Made by a program: the position numbers and the translations under genes. The notes below the pieces were generated by a model that was not told where the DNA came from, made no database searches, and saw only the letters and a list, made by a program, of their open reading frames with translations. Positions 33,760 to 42,802 of a DNA stretch of 50,478 nt are shown piece by piece; position 1 is the first letter of the stretch; each line of letters starts with the position of its first letter. Source of the DNA: an uncultured Acetobacteraceae bacterium (GTDB lineage Bacteria > Pseudomonadota > Alphaproteobacteria > Acetobacterales > Acetobacteraceae); the NCBI GenBank assembly GCA_964250775.1, contig CAXUHK010000001.1, forward strand, positions 1 through 50,478. Direction: 5' to 3'.

Positions 33760-35151
33760 CTAAGGCACGACGTTTTCAGCCACCGTTACGGCCGGCGCTT
33801 CCGCCTTGGCTCGTGCCATCTCCTTTGCGATGTCAATGTCGGGACTGATGATCCCGCGCCGCTTCATCTCGCTTAGCAGCGTCTCGAAACTCAGCGACCC
33901 AACCGACTTCATGCGGAACAGCAAGTCGGCAGACGCCTCCGCCAGCGTCGCGGCCCCGAAATCGCGGTAGATCGTGACATGACCGCCTTGCTTTTCCCCG
34001 ATCCATTGGGCCATGTAGTCAAGCGCGCTGTCCAAGCCGGTCTCAACGGATTGCGTGATGCGTTGCAGGTCGCACATCTGCATCTCGTTGTCCGCGATCG
34101 TCTGGACTTCGGTCGCGTCGCCGGACTTGATGACCAGCAACTCCGCGCCGATCTGACGCATTCGGTCCTCAAGGTCGAGCAGCGACACGCGCCCGGCCTC
34201 GATCGCCTTGCCGGAATGCTCGACATACCGCAGATCGGCGTCCGCGCCTCCGAAGCTGACCAGCGAATTTGCACCGACCGTAATCTGGTCCTCTTGGCTT
34301 TTGCCCTTGGCGAACAACAGCGGCACCCGAGCGACGTGAAGGATTGTCTGTTGGTCGCTCTTGCTTTGCCAGTGCTCGACGTTGGCGTGCCCTAGGTCCA
34401 GCATCGGCGGAACGCCGGTCATGAACGCCTTGCGAAAGCCGTAGAACGGCACGAACGGAATTTCCGGCAGGCTGGTCAAGCCTTCCTCGTGCAGCGCCCA
34501 CGTCTCCAGGCCGTTGACCACGATCTTGCGGAAGGTTGCCCACGCGCCCGGTTCCAGCACCCGCACTTGCTCTACCGTCTTGGTCGCAAACGGCCCGTTG
34601 TCCTCTTCCACCGCTTCCAACAGCCGAAGTTGCGTTAGAATTTGCCGGCCGCCCTGGAATGCAGCCTTCCACCCTAGGATGTTCTTCGCGTGAACACGAA
34701 CCATGTAGGGCCGAATGCCGGCACGCTTCTCGTCCGCGACACTAAACGCGCCGTTGGCGGGCGGGCAGTCCACCAAAATCCCTGCCAGGCCATACGCCAG
34801 GCACTCGCGGAACACATCCGCCGCCATCGTGTGCAGGTTTTGCCCCTGCATATCCACGTCCTCTAACAGCGCCGACACGCGGGGAGGAATGTCCTCCCCG
34901 ATCGTGACCGGCTTTGAGAACGGCTTGCCCACCATGACGGAAATCGTCCGCGCGTAAGCCGGAAAAAGAGTCGCGGTCGAAAGCCGCAATCCATAGCTGC
35001 CCTCATCTTCGGACGGCCATCTCGGCAAATATTTCTTGCCAGCGGCGCGCATCGCGGCAGTTCCGCCCATCAAGGCGTCCACAATCTCCCAATCAGCCGA
35101 CATCGCGGCGACTTGGGCGGATTGCAGCCGAACGCCGGCCCCTGGCACCAT
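33760..35151 (-). CDS. portal protein (DUF4055-type)
   Basis: Supporting segments are WEIVDALMGGTAAMRAAGKKYLPRWPSE and YGLRLSTATLFPAY. The ATG lies 5 nt after the terminase stop. Confidence 0.75.
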   Translation of the reverse strand: MVPGAGVRLQSAQVAAMSADWEIVDALMGGTAAMRAAGKKYLPRWPSEDEGSYGLRLSTATLFPAYARTISVMVGKPFSKPVTIGEDIPPRVSALLEDVDMQGQNLHTMAADVFRECLAYGLAGILVDCPPANGAFSVADEKRAGIRPYMVRVHAKNILGWKAAFQGGRQILTQLRLLEAVEEDNGPFATKTVEQVRVLEPGAWATFRKIVVNGLETWALHEEGLTSLPEIPFVPFYGFRKAFMTGVPPMLDLGHANVEHWQSKSDQQTILHVARVPLLFAKGKSQEDQITVGANSLVSFGGADADLRYVEHSGKAIEAGRVSLLDLEDRMRQIGAELLVIKSGDATEVQTIADNEMQMCDLQRITQSVETGLDSALDYMAQWIGEKQGGHVTIYRDFGAATLAEASADLLFRMKSVGSLSFETLLSEMKRRGIISPDIDIAKEMARAKAEAPAVTVAENVVP

Positions 35152-35155
35152 CGCG

Positions 35156-36571
35156 CTACAGCCTGAACAGTTGCGAGGAGGCAGGTGGGTTGGCAGCAAT
35201 CAGCATCCCGAACGCCCGGCTCAGCGCGTCCACCTGGTCGTCCTTCCGCCCGGTCGGAAAATCCCGAAGCTCTTCGACGAACGCTGCGTTCCACGCGCCC
35301 TGAACTATCAACAAGTTCCCGACGTTGCACTGGGCCGCCACGGGCGCGGCCCGCGTCTCCTTGCTGCCGGTCTCTGGGCTGGATTTCACGTCATAGCCGG
35401 CAAGCTGGCGGGTGAACGAGAGCACCTGGCTCTTGCCCGCCTGCCCAGGGTCTTGCGGCAGTCCAATGGCGACGCCTCGCCCGTCTCGCGATGCGGTCGC
35501 CTTGATGGTTGCCTCGACCTGTTCAGGTCCGCCGCGAAACCGCACTACGTCCTCGACTATGAAACGACCGACACCATCCCTACGCAGGCGGACCCCGCAC
35601 GTCCAATCAGGATCGCCGGTGTTGGCGATGGTCGCGGCCAAGTCCCACGCCCGCACCGCGCGCCCGTTCGTCTGCGCGGCGGGTTCGACGCCGATCCTGG
35701 CGACTTGGAACAACAAGCCTTCTTGCGGGCGAGGCTCTTGCTGGTAGAGAGCAGACCATGCGCGGGCGTTGCCTTCGGCTTGCATCTGCGCCCGCACGTC
35801 GCGCAGCATCGCGCCGTAGCCGTAGCCGTCGTCGCCCCATAGCGGTTGCCCTGGCTCGCGGCCCAGCGGGTCGTTTTCAACGGCCAAAGCCGGCAGGCTC
35901 ACGACGCGCCAGTTGTCCGCCTGGTATTGCAAGATGCGCCCGGCAAGGTCGTCTAAATGCCAGCGAGTCATTACCACCACGATGCGGCCTGACGGCTTCA
36001 TGCGGGATCGAAGGTCGCTGGCGAACCAGCGCCAGACTCCCTCCCGCTGCACTTCGCTGTCAGCCGCTTCCGCCGACTTGACGGGGTCATCGATCGTAGC
36101 GAGGTCCGCGCGAAAGCCGCTCACGGCACCGCCAACGCCAACCGAAAGATATTCCGAGCGGATGTCCGTCTGCCATCGGTCCTTAGCTTCGGTGTCCAAA
36201 TTAACGCCCAACCGCACGCTATGGTCGCGAATGACAGATTGCACCCGACCGGAAAACGTGTCGGCAAGCCGGCTCGTGTGTGATGCCCCAATGTGTTTGT
36301 GATTGTCGCGCGCCATCATCCACGCACTAAAAAGCACAGATACATATGTCGATTTGGCTGAGCCAGGCGGCATACAGACGATCAGCCGATCGCCCGGAGT
36401 GTCCGCCACTTGTTGCAACTCGGCAATCAACAACTTGTGGTGCGCCGCTGGCGCAGCCGCATCCGGTGCCACGCTCGGCAGAGCAAAATCGCAAAACGTA
36501 GCAAAGTCCGACCGCAGCTTCAGGCGAAACCGCCGTTCTTGTTCCGCCAGCAGCGCCGTCTTACTTGTCAA
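35156..36571 (-). CDS. terL: terminase large subunit
   Basis: It has a Walker A-like CMPPGSAKST and a nuclease-domain-length C-terminus. It lies upstream of the portal gene and has a TTG start. Confidence 0.8.
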   Translation of the reverse strand: MTSKTALLAEQERRFRLKLRSDFATFCDFALPSVAPDAAAPAAHHKLLIAELQQVADTPGDRLIVCMPPGSAKSTYVSVLFSAWMMARDNHKHIGASHTSRLADTFSGRVQSVIRDHSVRLGVNLDTEAKDRWQTDIRSEYLSVGVGGAVSGFRADLATIDDPVKSAEAADSEVQREGVWRWFASDLRSRMKPSGRIVVVMTRWHLDDLAGRILQYQADNWRVVSLPALAVENDPLGREPGQPLWGDDGYGYGAMLRDVRAQMQAEGNARAWSALYQQEPRPQEGLLFQVARIGVEPAAQTNGRAVRAWDLAATIANTGDPDWTCGVRLRRDGVGRFIVEDVVRFRGGPEQVEATIKATASRDGRGVAIGLPQDPGQAGKSQVLSFTRQLAGYDVKSSPETGSKETRAAPVAAQCNVGNLLIVQGAWNAAFVEELRDFPTGRKDDQVDALSRAFGMLIAANPPASSQLFRL

Positions 36572-37022
36572 GCTGCGCCTTGATTTCTTCGTCTGTCAGC
36601 TGCGACAGGTCAATCTTGACCGAAACGGTGCCGGGTGCCAAAGGACGGCCTTCTCCATCCGTAATCGCCTTGCGGTCGCCAAACACGACCGGATCAAGCG
36701 ACTTGGCGCGTTGGTGAAGATACCAAGACCTTTGCGCCATAACTTTAGCGTCAAGCCCTTCCTCATAGACATTGTTATATAGATCATCGTCCATGATGGT
36801 TTCGGCACGCAAAAACTTTGCAACCCTGACTTGCCCGGCAACATCCGGCATGTTCAACAGCCAGCCGGCCAGTGTCTTGCGATCCGGGTTGCCCGGCATC
36901 TCGCAAAACCGGCGAGTGCTGCCCTTGATGCCCATTTCCGCGATGAAGTCGCAGTAACGCTCGACGATCGCGCGCTTTTCGTCGTCGGTGTAGCCAATAC
37001 CCTGACGTTCTTTGCCGGCCAT
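36561..37022 (-). CDS. terminase small subunit (by position and size)
   Basis: It is 153 aa and overlaps the terL start by 11 nt. Confidence 0.5.
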   Translation of the reverse strand: MAGKERQGIGYTDDEKRAIVERYCDFIAEMGIKGSTRRFCEMPGNPDRKTLAGWLLNMPDVAGQVRVAKFLRAETIMDDDLYNNVYEEGLDAKVMAQRSWYLHQRAKSLDPVVFGDRKAITDGEGRPLAPGTVSVKIDLSQLTDEEIKAQLDK

Positions 37023-37075
37023 GCCTTGTTTTAAGGCACGCCCGGCGCAACTGTTCCACTAAGGTTTCGCGGTCG

Positions 37076-38656
37076 TCACTTGACAGCCACCGTCACCGTC
37101 TTGGTCGCCTCGATCCCCGCCTGGTCCCAAAAATCGACCGTGACGTGCGCCGTCCCCGTCTTGGTGGCCGTCAGGCTCATCGTCGCCAGCGCCGCGTTCA
37201 GGTTGGCAAGGCCGTCCGCAAGGCTGATGCGCGTGCCGGCAGCGGCAGTAGCCGTGGTGCCATCCGACAGCCGAACCGACAGCGTCCCCAGGTCTGTCGA
37301 AAGGAACAGCCCCGCCTTGCCGGCGTTCTGTGCCGCCCATGCGTCCGACAGCGACACGCCTGCCACCGGCACGGTGTAGCTGCTCGGCGGTGCCACGGTC
37401 GCAACCACGATCACCGGGCTAGGAGCGAGCGCGGCTGGGGCAATGGTCACGGGAGCGGGCGCTGGCGCGACAGGAGCCGGCGCGGGAGCCGGAGCCGCAA
37501 CCGCCGGGCCGACCTGCACCAGCATCGGATGATCCGCCAAAGCCACGGCCACGCTCGACCGGGTGCCAGTGGACAGCGCCGCCGTGCCCGTGAGGGCGTC
37601 ATACACGCTCACAGGCACGGCGCTGGGCAGGGTCAAGGTAACGGTGTGGGCACCGGCCACGGACGGCCACAGCGCCAGCCAGTGCGTGCCATCGGCCTTC
37701 TGCAACGTCATGGCGTAGTCAGTCCCCGTCATCCCAGCCGCCGTGTAAGACAACGCGGACGGTGTGTAGAAGCTTCCAGCATCGGCAAGGAGCGCGGTCA
37801 GGTTGTGTAGCGCGGTGCCGGCCGGCTTGGCAGTGCCATCGGTGTTCATCAAGCCAAACTTGCCGGAGCCGTCGTCATAAAGGGCATAGAACATCGTCAT
37901 CGGATTGCCCTGCCGCATCCCCTCGAACGCGGCTGTCAGAACATACTTCGCGACGTTTGCTTGGCTGAACCCCTGGTTCTCGTCCCAGCCGATTTCAGAC
38001 GTGATTACGGGACGGCTTGCCGCCGCGAGCTTGGCGTCGCTGTCCAATTGAGCGATCGGGCCAGACGGGCTGCCATCCGGCGGGTTTGGGTAAGTGTGCG
38101 CGTTGGCGTAGTCCGCAACCGTCGAGAGGTCCCCCACCTTGTCGTAATCGCCGTGCCAGTTGTTCGCGGCCGTCCAGCCAGCGCCGAACGACAGGTTGAC
38201 GACCGGCAGCTTGTTGGCCTGGCCGAACGCATAGACCTTGGCCTGGAACGCGGCGGCGGCGGCGATAGTGTTGCCCAGCCCGGCCGGGTAGCTGTCGTCC
38301 TCCTCGTTCGGCCCCTCAACCATGCTGACGACGCCCGCCGCCACGAACGGCTGGAACAGCGCGAGCTGATCCGCCATGCCCTGAATGCTGGTCTCGCCAA
38401 TGTAAGCGTCGAACTTCGCGCCCGTCTTGGCGGCGATGTCCTGATACGTCGCCAACTCGCCGGAGTTGTTTGGGGAGTCCCGGAACGTCTTGACGCCCAC
38501 GTAGTTCAGGGCCGTCTCGACTACCGGCAGGGCCGGATACATGCCGCCAATGTAATCGATGTGCGCGTTGACACCTAGAGAAGCCAGGAAATCGCTGGCC
38601 TTCACGGTGGCGGGGGCGGCGTAGACGTAGAGCGGGGGCGGAACGTAGCTTGCCAT
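37076..38656 (-). CDS. clan GH-A (TIM-barrel) glycoside hydrolase with a Pro/Ala linker and a C-terminal beta-rich domain
   Basis: The candidate acid/base is in MVEGPNEEDD (N-E). The candidate nucleophile is in VITSEIGW, about 115 aa later. The linker reads APAPAPAPVAPAPAP. It has no signal peptide. ATG at 38656. Confidence 0.6.
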   Translation of the reverse strand: MASYVPPPLYVYAAPATVKASDFLASLGVNAHIDYIGGMYPALPVVETALNYVGVKTFRDSPNNSGELATYQDIAAKTGAKFDAYIGETSIQGMADQLALFQPFVAAGVVSMVEGPNEEDDSYPAGLGNTIAAAAAFQAKVYAFGQANKLPVVNLSFGAGWTAANNWHGDYDKVGDLSTVADYANAHTYPNPPDGSPSGPIAQLDSDAKLAAASRPVITSEIGWDENQGFSQANVAKYVLTAAFEGMRQGNPMTMFYALYDDGSGKFGLMNTDGTAKPAGTALHNLTALLADAGSFYTPSALSYTAAGMTGTDYAMTLQKADGTHWLALWPSVAGAHTVTLTLPSAVPVSVYDALTGTAALSTGTRSSVAVALADHPMLVQVGPAVAAPAPAPAPVAPAPAPVTIAPAALAPSPVIVVATVAPPSSYTVPVAGVSLSDAWAAQNAGKAGLFLSTDLGTLSVRLSDGTTATAAAGTRISLADGLANLNAALATMSLTATKTGTAHVTVDFWDQAGIEATKTVTVAVK

Positions 38657-38754
38657 GGAGCGGTCGGTTCCCTTGCTGATGGAGCGATGCCGACATTCTG
38701 CCGGCAAGCCTCTTCGTTCCACTCAGGAACCTTTAACCAAGCCGAATCAATCGC

Positions 38755-38979
38755 TTAGTCGTTGGCGTCGATCAGGTCGCCCAGCTTCAGGCACTTGATG
38801 CCGCGCACCATGGCAGTGCCGCTCAGTTCGTCGATAAAGGTGAACGCCTTTTCGTTGCATTCCTTGACGGTCATCAGGTGCTCAGCCTCCATCCATTTTG
38901 TCGTGCATTTCTCGGCGCTGATGGCCGGTCCGGCGCACCAGGTCACGGCGGTAGCAAAAATCATGGCAAGCGGGGTCAT
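38755..38979 (-). CDS. small secreted Cys-containing protein
   Basis: It has a signal-like N-terminus MTPLAMIFATAVTWCAGPAISA and four further Cys residues. Confidence 0.45.
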   Translation of the reverse strand: MTPLAMIFATAVTWCAGPAISAEKCTTKWMEAEHLMTVKECNEKAFTFIDELSGTAMVRGIKCLKLGDLIDAND

Positions 38980-39003
38980 TGGACGGCTCCGGGTTGAAGG
39001 TTT

Positions 39004-39063
39004 TCAGTCGAACGTCGCGAGCCAGCACAGCGCGAGAACGAAAATCAGCACAACAAGCGTCAT
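39004..39063 (-). CDS. 19-aa hydrophobic micro-ORF
   Basis: The translation is MTLVVLIFVLALCWLATFD. It has an ATGA overlap with the upstream stop. Confidence 0.25.
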   Translation of the reverse strand: MTLVVLIFVLALCWLATFD

Positions 39064-39245
39064 GCAGGCGCTCCCGAGCGCATCCGCAGCGCCGTCAAAT
39101 GCTCCGGCAGATGCACCCAATTGGCCGTCAAGTAGGCCATCTCGACAAACATCAAAGCCAGCTTGTGCGCTTCGGCCGGAGTGAGGTGGCCGTATTCGTC
39201 GGCGCGGGGCGGACGCGGCATAGGGAGACGCACGACCTCGCTCAC
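39060..39245 (-). CDS. hypothetical protein
   Basis: The GTG at 39245 forms a GTGA overlap. It is 61 aa. Confidence 0.35.
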   Translation of the reverse strand: MSEVVRLPMPRPPRADEYGHLTPAEAHKLALMFVEMAYLTANWVHLPEHLTALRMRSGAPA

Positions 39246-39505
39246 GACAGCGCCTCGACCAGCCGGCGCTTGATCCGGGTGACAATCCCGACCGGCTTGC
39301 GCGCCGTCGCCAGCCACGTTGCATACTCCGCAGTCGGAACAAAGCTGGCGTAGCCGTCGAGCACGACCTCGGCCAGCGACCAGTTGGTGCCGTCGTCGGC
39401 CGTGACCTGGACCAACCCGGAATTGTCCCGGAAGCTGTAGCTCTTGCCGACCGTGAACAGCGACACGGACCGCGCGACGCAAGTGTGCTCTGGATAGGCG
39501 TTCAT
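39242..39505 (-). CDS. hypothetical protein, paralog of 43897..44121
   Basis: The two share the pattern FT(V/A)G(K/R)(S/T)Y...D(D/N)GT.W...EVVL(D/E)G.A(S/T)F.P. Confidence 0.5.
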   Translation of the reverse strand: MNAYPEHTCVARSVSLFTVGKSYSFRDNSGLVQVTADDGTNWSLAEVVLDGYASFVPTAEYATWLATARKPVGIVTRIKRRLVEALS

Positions 39506-39828
39506 GGCGTGGTCCCTTCAAGGTTGACAATGGCTTTGTCGAACGCGGCGAGCACGTCGGCATGGGTGGTGGTGGGGTCGTCGTTAAAGTCGGACACACT
39601 TCGCTTGGTCATAGCGGCAAGCGTCATTTGCGCCGTCATTCGATCCACATCCCAATCGCTAGTAAAACTTTCGGCCCATATCGCTCCGACGCCGCACCAA
39701 CACACGGCGGTTTCGGATTGCGGGAAACATTCCTTGCCGGACGCGTTCCGGGCCTCGACATGCTTCGTCCAACGCGCCGGATCGCTGATCCGCTCCCGCG
39801 CCGCCCGCAAGATGGCTACGGCGCTCAT
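39502..39828 (-). CDS. hypothetical protein (ARWTK...CWCGVGAI motif)
   Basis: ATGA overlaps at both ends. It is 108 aa. Confidence 0.5.
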   Translation of the reverse strand: MSAVAILRAARERISDPARWTKHVEARNASGKECFPQSETAVCWCGVGAIWAESFTSDWDVDRMTAQMTLAAMTKRSVSDFNDDPTTTHADVLAAFDKAIVNLEGTTP

Positions 39829-40094
39829 GCCGCTACCTTGAGCGTTTGCGCCGGCTGAAACGCCTGCCCTACCACGAGCCAATGGATCGATCGATTGAAC
39901 AGCGCCGACAATGCCAGCATGTCCTCCATGGACGGCCGCCCGCCACCGCTCTCCCATCGGCAAACCATCGTTTCCTTTTGCCCGATGGCCCGGGCGACCT
40001 CGCGCAGCGAAATGCCGCGCCGCTTGCGCTCGACCTCGATCCGCTTGCCCAGCGCGCAAGTGAGCGGCGAGCCGACTGTCACACGGCGCGGCAT
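39825..40094 (-). CDS. XRE-family HTH regulator (Cro/CI-like)
   Basis: The supporting segment is LGKRIEVERKRRGISLREVARAIGQKETMVCRWESG. Confidence 0.65.
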   Translation of the reverse strand: MPRRVTVGSPLTCALGKRIEVERKRRGISLREVARAIGQKETMVCRWESGGGRPSMEDMLALSALFNRSIHWLVVGQAFQPAQTLKVAA

Positions 40095-40348
40095 CAGTGC
40101 AGCACCTTGGACAAATCGTGGAACCGCCCTTCCTTCTTGCCCACCGCCTCGTGCAGCATCCCCTTGGCCTCGTCTATGCTGGCAATGGCGTTGTAGTGGC
40201 CGTGGGTCGAGCGCAGCTTGATCTCGCCGTGCTGCTCATCGACAATAAGGGTGATGCAGGCACCTGGCTTGGCCTCAAGCACCATGCGCGCGACCTGTTC
40301 GGCGTAGACCAACGCCTCCGGGTCTATCGCCTGTTCGATCTTGCTCAT
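40094..40348 (-). CDS. hypothetical protein
   Basis: It has an ATG start, is 84 aa, and shows coupled overlaps with its neighbours. Confidence 0.45.
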   Translation of the reverse strand: MSKIEQAIDPEALVYAEQVARMVLEAKPGACITLIVDEQHGEIKLRSTHGHYNAIASIDEAKGMLHEAVGKKEGRFHDLSKVLH

Positions 40349-40524
40349 TTCACCCTCTCAAACGTCGTGTTTTTGTGCGCGCGCCAGACCAATCCGCCGT
40401 GTTCGTCCCTGACTGCGAAATGCCGGTGGTAGGCTTGGACAACCGCGTATTCCTTGTCCCGCACCAGCCAATCGCCAGTGCCGATGAGGCATTTCACAAT
40501 GTCTCCGACTGCAAGCTGGCTCAC
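40345..40524 (-). CDS. 59-aa hypothetical protein
   Basis: My own translation is VSQLAVGDIVKCLIGTGDWLVRDKEYAVVQAYHRHFAVRDEHGGLVWRAHKNTTFERVK. It has a GTGA overlap upstream and an ATGA overlap downstream. Confidence 0.4.
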   Translation of the reverse strand: MSQLAVGDIVKCLIGTGDWLVRDKEYAVVQAYHRHFAVRDEHGGLVWRAHKNTTFERVK

Positions 40525-41030
40525 GACCGCGCCCCGATCATCCAGGCCGGCGGCACGTCCGCCAGGACCGGCACGCTCTGCGCTTCCGCTTCCGCCCGAC
40601 GCCGCAGGTAGTCGGGCGATGGCCCGCCGCAGTCCGCCAGGTGCAGCGGCGCAAACGTCACCGATTGCGACTTGCTCGGAGCGAAACGGACTTCCGCTTC
40701 CTGCCGCTGCCGGGCGATTTCCTCCGCCACATCGGCGAGCACATTGCTTTCGACCCGACCGATGCGGTCAATTTGGTCGAAGCGGAAATGCCGGCGCGGC
40801 ACAGTATCGACATAAAACATATCGGCAGCGTCGTGCTGCTTGACAAAGATCATCACCCGACCTGAAATCGTCAGGCAGCCGACGCCCAGCCCGTTACTGC
40901 GGACCGGCATACAATGTGCGATTTGGTCATTAACCCCGTACACGAGATACGGTCGCCCATCTCCCGTCGCGATCAGTTGGCCTTTTTGAATTGCTCTTGC
41001 CATGGACGCCTCGGTGAGTTGCGGTGTCAT
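40521..41030 (-). CDS. hypothetical protein, first gene of the minus-strand early operon
   Basis: It has an ATG start and is 169 aa. It faces an AT-rich divergent intergenic region. Confidence 0.5.
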   Translation of the reverse strand: MTPQLTEASMARAIQKGQLIATGDGRPYLVYGVNDQIAHCMPVRSNGLGVGCLTISGRVMIFVKQHDAADMFYVDTVPRRHFRFDQIDRIGRVESNVLADVAEEIARQRQEAEVRFAPSKSQSVTFAPLHLADCGGPSPDYLRRRAEAEAQSVPVLADVPPAWMIGARS

Positions 41031-41166
41031 TTCTATACACGCAACGCTGAGCGCCGGATAGTGGGGAAGCGTGATTATATTTTGTGGATGTCAAGCAAAA
41101 TTATGGGGTCTTTGTGCATCCAAACAAACATCTGTCGCGTAACGAGCGCATAACTCACAAATGTTT

Positions 41167-41254
41167 ACATTTCTGCCGTTGTGTCTTTAGAAGCGACGTG
41201 TCACAAACGCTGCACGGCGGGGCGATAGTGCAAAGCCGAGACAAGGCTACTCCA
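41167..41254 (+). promoter_or_regulatory. conserved promoter/leader cassette, copy U1
   Basis: ACATTT lies 29 bp before ACGTGTCACAAA (41196-41207), followed by GGCGGGGCGAT and GCAAAGCC. The candidate -35 is TTGTGT (41179-84) and the candidate -10 is CACAAA (41202-07), 17 bp apart. Confidence 0.5.
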
Positions 41255-41497
41255 ATGACCAATTTTCCGACCGTGGCCGTGGCTCTTGCGGCTCACCAAG
41301 CGGCCAAGGCCGCTCATGTGGCCGCCAAAACTGCCCTGACGACAGCCGAACTGTCCTATCCGCTGGTTGGCGACCGCGTGCAGTTGCAAGTTAATGTCCG
41401 CAAGGCACGTTTGGTCGAAGAGAGTGTGTGGGCGGAGCTGTATGCCGCGCGAATGGCCGATGCGGTCGACGATAAAGCCGGAAAGCTGGCGGCCTAA
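41255..41497 (+). CDS. hypothetical protein (starts MTNF)
   Basis: The ATG lies 59 nt after the ACGTGTCA box. It is 80 aa. Confidence 0.5.
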   Translation: MTNFPTVAVALAAHQAAKAAHVAAKTALTTAELSYPLVGDRVQLQVNVRKARLVEESVWAELYAARMADAVDDKAGKLAA

Positions 41498-41520
41498 TCC
41501 GCCGGACGCAACAAATGACG

Positions 41521-41611
41521 ACAATTTCCTTGTTGCGCCCGGCTTTGTGACGTGTCATAACGATTGCATCGCAGGGCGGTAGTGCCAGGCTGGAACAAGG
41601 GGCTTAGTGCC
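41521..41611 (+). promoter_or_regulatory. conserved promoter/leader cassette, copy U2
   Basis: ACAATTT..TGTTGC lies 29 bp before ACGTGTCATAA (41550-41560), followed by GCAGGGCGGTA and GCCAGGC. The candidate -35 is TTGCGC and the candidate -10 is CATAAC. Confidence 0.5.
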
Positions 41612-41824
41612 ATGACGCAATTCCAGGTTACGATGATCGGGCCATACAACACGTTGACCGGGGCGACGATTACAGCTCAAGGCGGGGTCAATGCCGCGTT
41701 CGAGGCGATGGCGACGTTCGGGGTGGGCTGGCGGGTGATCCGCTGCCTTGAGCTCCCGAGCGTGCCGCTGAGCGTGCCGCGGATCGGGGCGCAGGCTGGC
41801 AACAGGCAAGGGAGGCTCGTGTGA
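41612..41824 (+). CDS. hypothetical protein (starts MTQF)
   Basis: The ATG lies 62 nt after the box. It is 70 aa. Confidence 0.45.
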   Translation: MTQFQVTMIGPYNTLTGATITAQGGVNAAFEAMATFGVGWRVIRCLELPSVPLSVPRIGAQAGNRQGRLV

Positions 41825-42042
41825 ACGGAGACCGCATCCGCGAACTGCGGGAAGCGCTGGGCTGGTCACAGCGCGACCTCGCCGGCCGCCTGGGCTTTAA
41901 GACGCACACGCCGGTCAAGCAGTGGGAAAACAACCAATCCACCGCGCCCGCCGCGGTCATGGCTTGGCTTGAGCGCAGCGCGTCGGCGTTGATGGAGCAG
42001 CCGTTGCCGCAGGGATGGGTCGTGCGGTCGGACATTTTATAG
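41821..42042 (+). CDS. small HTH-like protein
   Basis: It has a GTGA overlap with the upstream stop. The supporting segment is IRELREALGWSQRDLAGRLGFKTHTPVKQWEN. Confidence 0.55.
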   Translation: MNGDRIRELREALGWSQRDLAGRLGFKTHTPVKQWENNQSTAPAAVMAWLERSASALMEQPLPQGWVVRSDIL

Positions 42043-42194
42043 CGATCACTACGGAACCTGCGCGCGTGCGGGCGTGCGGGGGAACAACGTTCAGTTGACA
42101 ATGTTCAGTTGAACATGCGCCGGCAGTTATACCAAGTTTAGCCCATCCGGCATAAACCTGGTATAACTCACACTCGACCCGGTTTACCCGCGAC

Positions 42195-42722
42195 CTACTT
42201 ACGTTGCACCGATCGCCGCTTCGGTTTACCAACCGGCTCTTGCCCGTGCCTAAGCCACCACACGCCGAGCAACGCGGCCTCCGCCCTCCCGTCGTCTTTG
42301 GCTCGCTTGAACAGCGCCGCTTGGTCGGGAAACATCTCCGCCGCCATGGCCCGCGAGCGGTCCTTGTCGCTGTCCAGCCCCATGTCCCGCTTCCACCGCG
42401 CCGCAGTGACCAATTCCATCGGCACGCCGCAGCCGGCGAGCACGCCATGCACGATTCCGGCTGCTTGCCCGAACGCGAACACGCTTGAGACGCCCTGACC
42501 TGGCATGGCCGATACAGCCTCGCAGATGGCGCTACAAGCTGTTGCAGACTTGACCAGCACTGCGAGACCTGCCGCGTCCGTTCGCGCCCTGGCGACCATT
42601 TTCCCGGCCTTTCTGATGGTGGTTACAGTGGCCGGCATGTCCCAGCAGCCCAACAACGATCCATCGTCATCGATGTGGGCTACAGCACCGCAAGCGCCAG
42701 GATCAACCGCGAGCAATGACAT
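42195..42722 (-). CDS. RuvC-like Holliday junction resolvase
   Basis: Supporting segments are MSLLAVDPGACGAVAHID... and AARWKRDMGL..DKDRSRAMAAEMFP...KDDGRAEAALLGVW. An alternative upstream start is at 42782. Confidence 0.7.
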   Translation of the reverse strand: MSLLAVDPGACGAVAHIDDDGSLLGCWDMPATVTTIRKAGKMVARARTDAAGLAVLVKSATACSAICEAVSAMPGQGVSSVFAFGQAAGIVHGVLAGCGVPMELVTAARWKRDMGLDSDKDRSRAMAAEMFPDQAALFKRAKDDGRAEAALLGVWWLRHGQEPVGKPKRRSVQRK

Positions 42723-42802
42723 TGCCGCCGTGGTTGCCACACCCCACCACGCCATTCCCGGCACGATCCGCGCGGACGCCATTTGTCATACATTCCGGTG
42801 GA

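Noticed and set aside
41030-41166. Standard sigma70 promoter for the 41030 operon (TTGACA and TATAAT on the minus strand)
   Set aside because: Both hexamers are present (41094-41089 and 41079-41074), but the spacer is only 9 bp. They cannot form one canonical promoter, so I did not annotate it.
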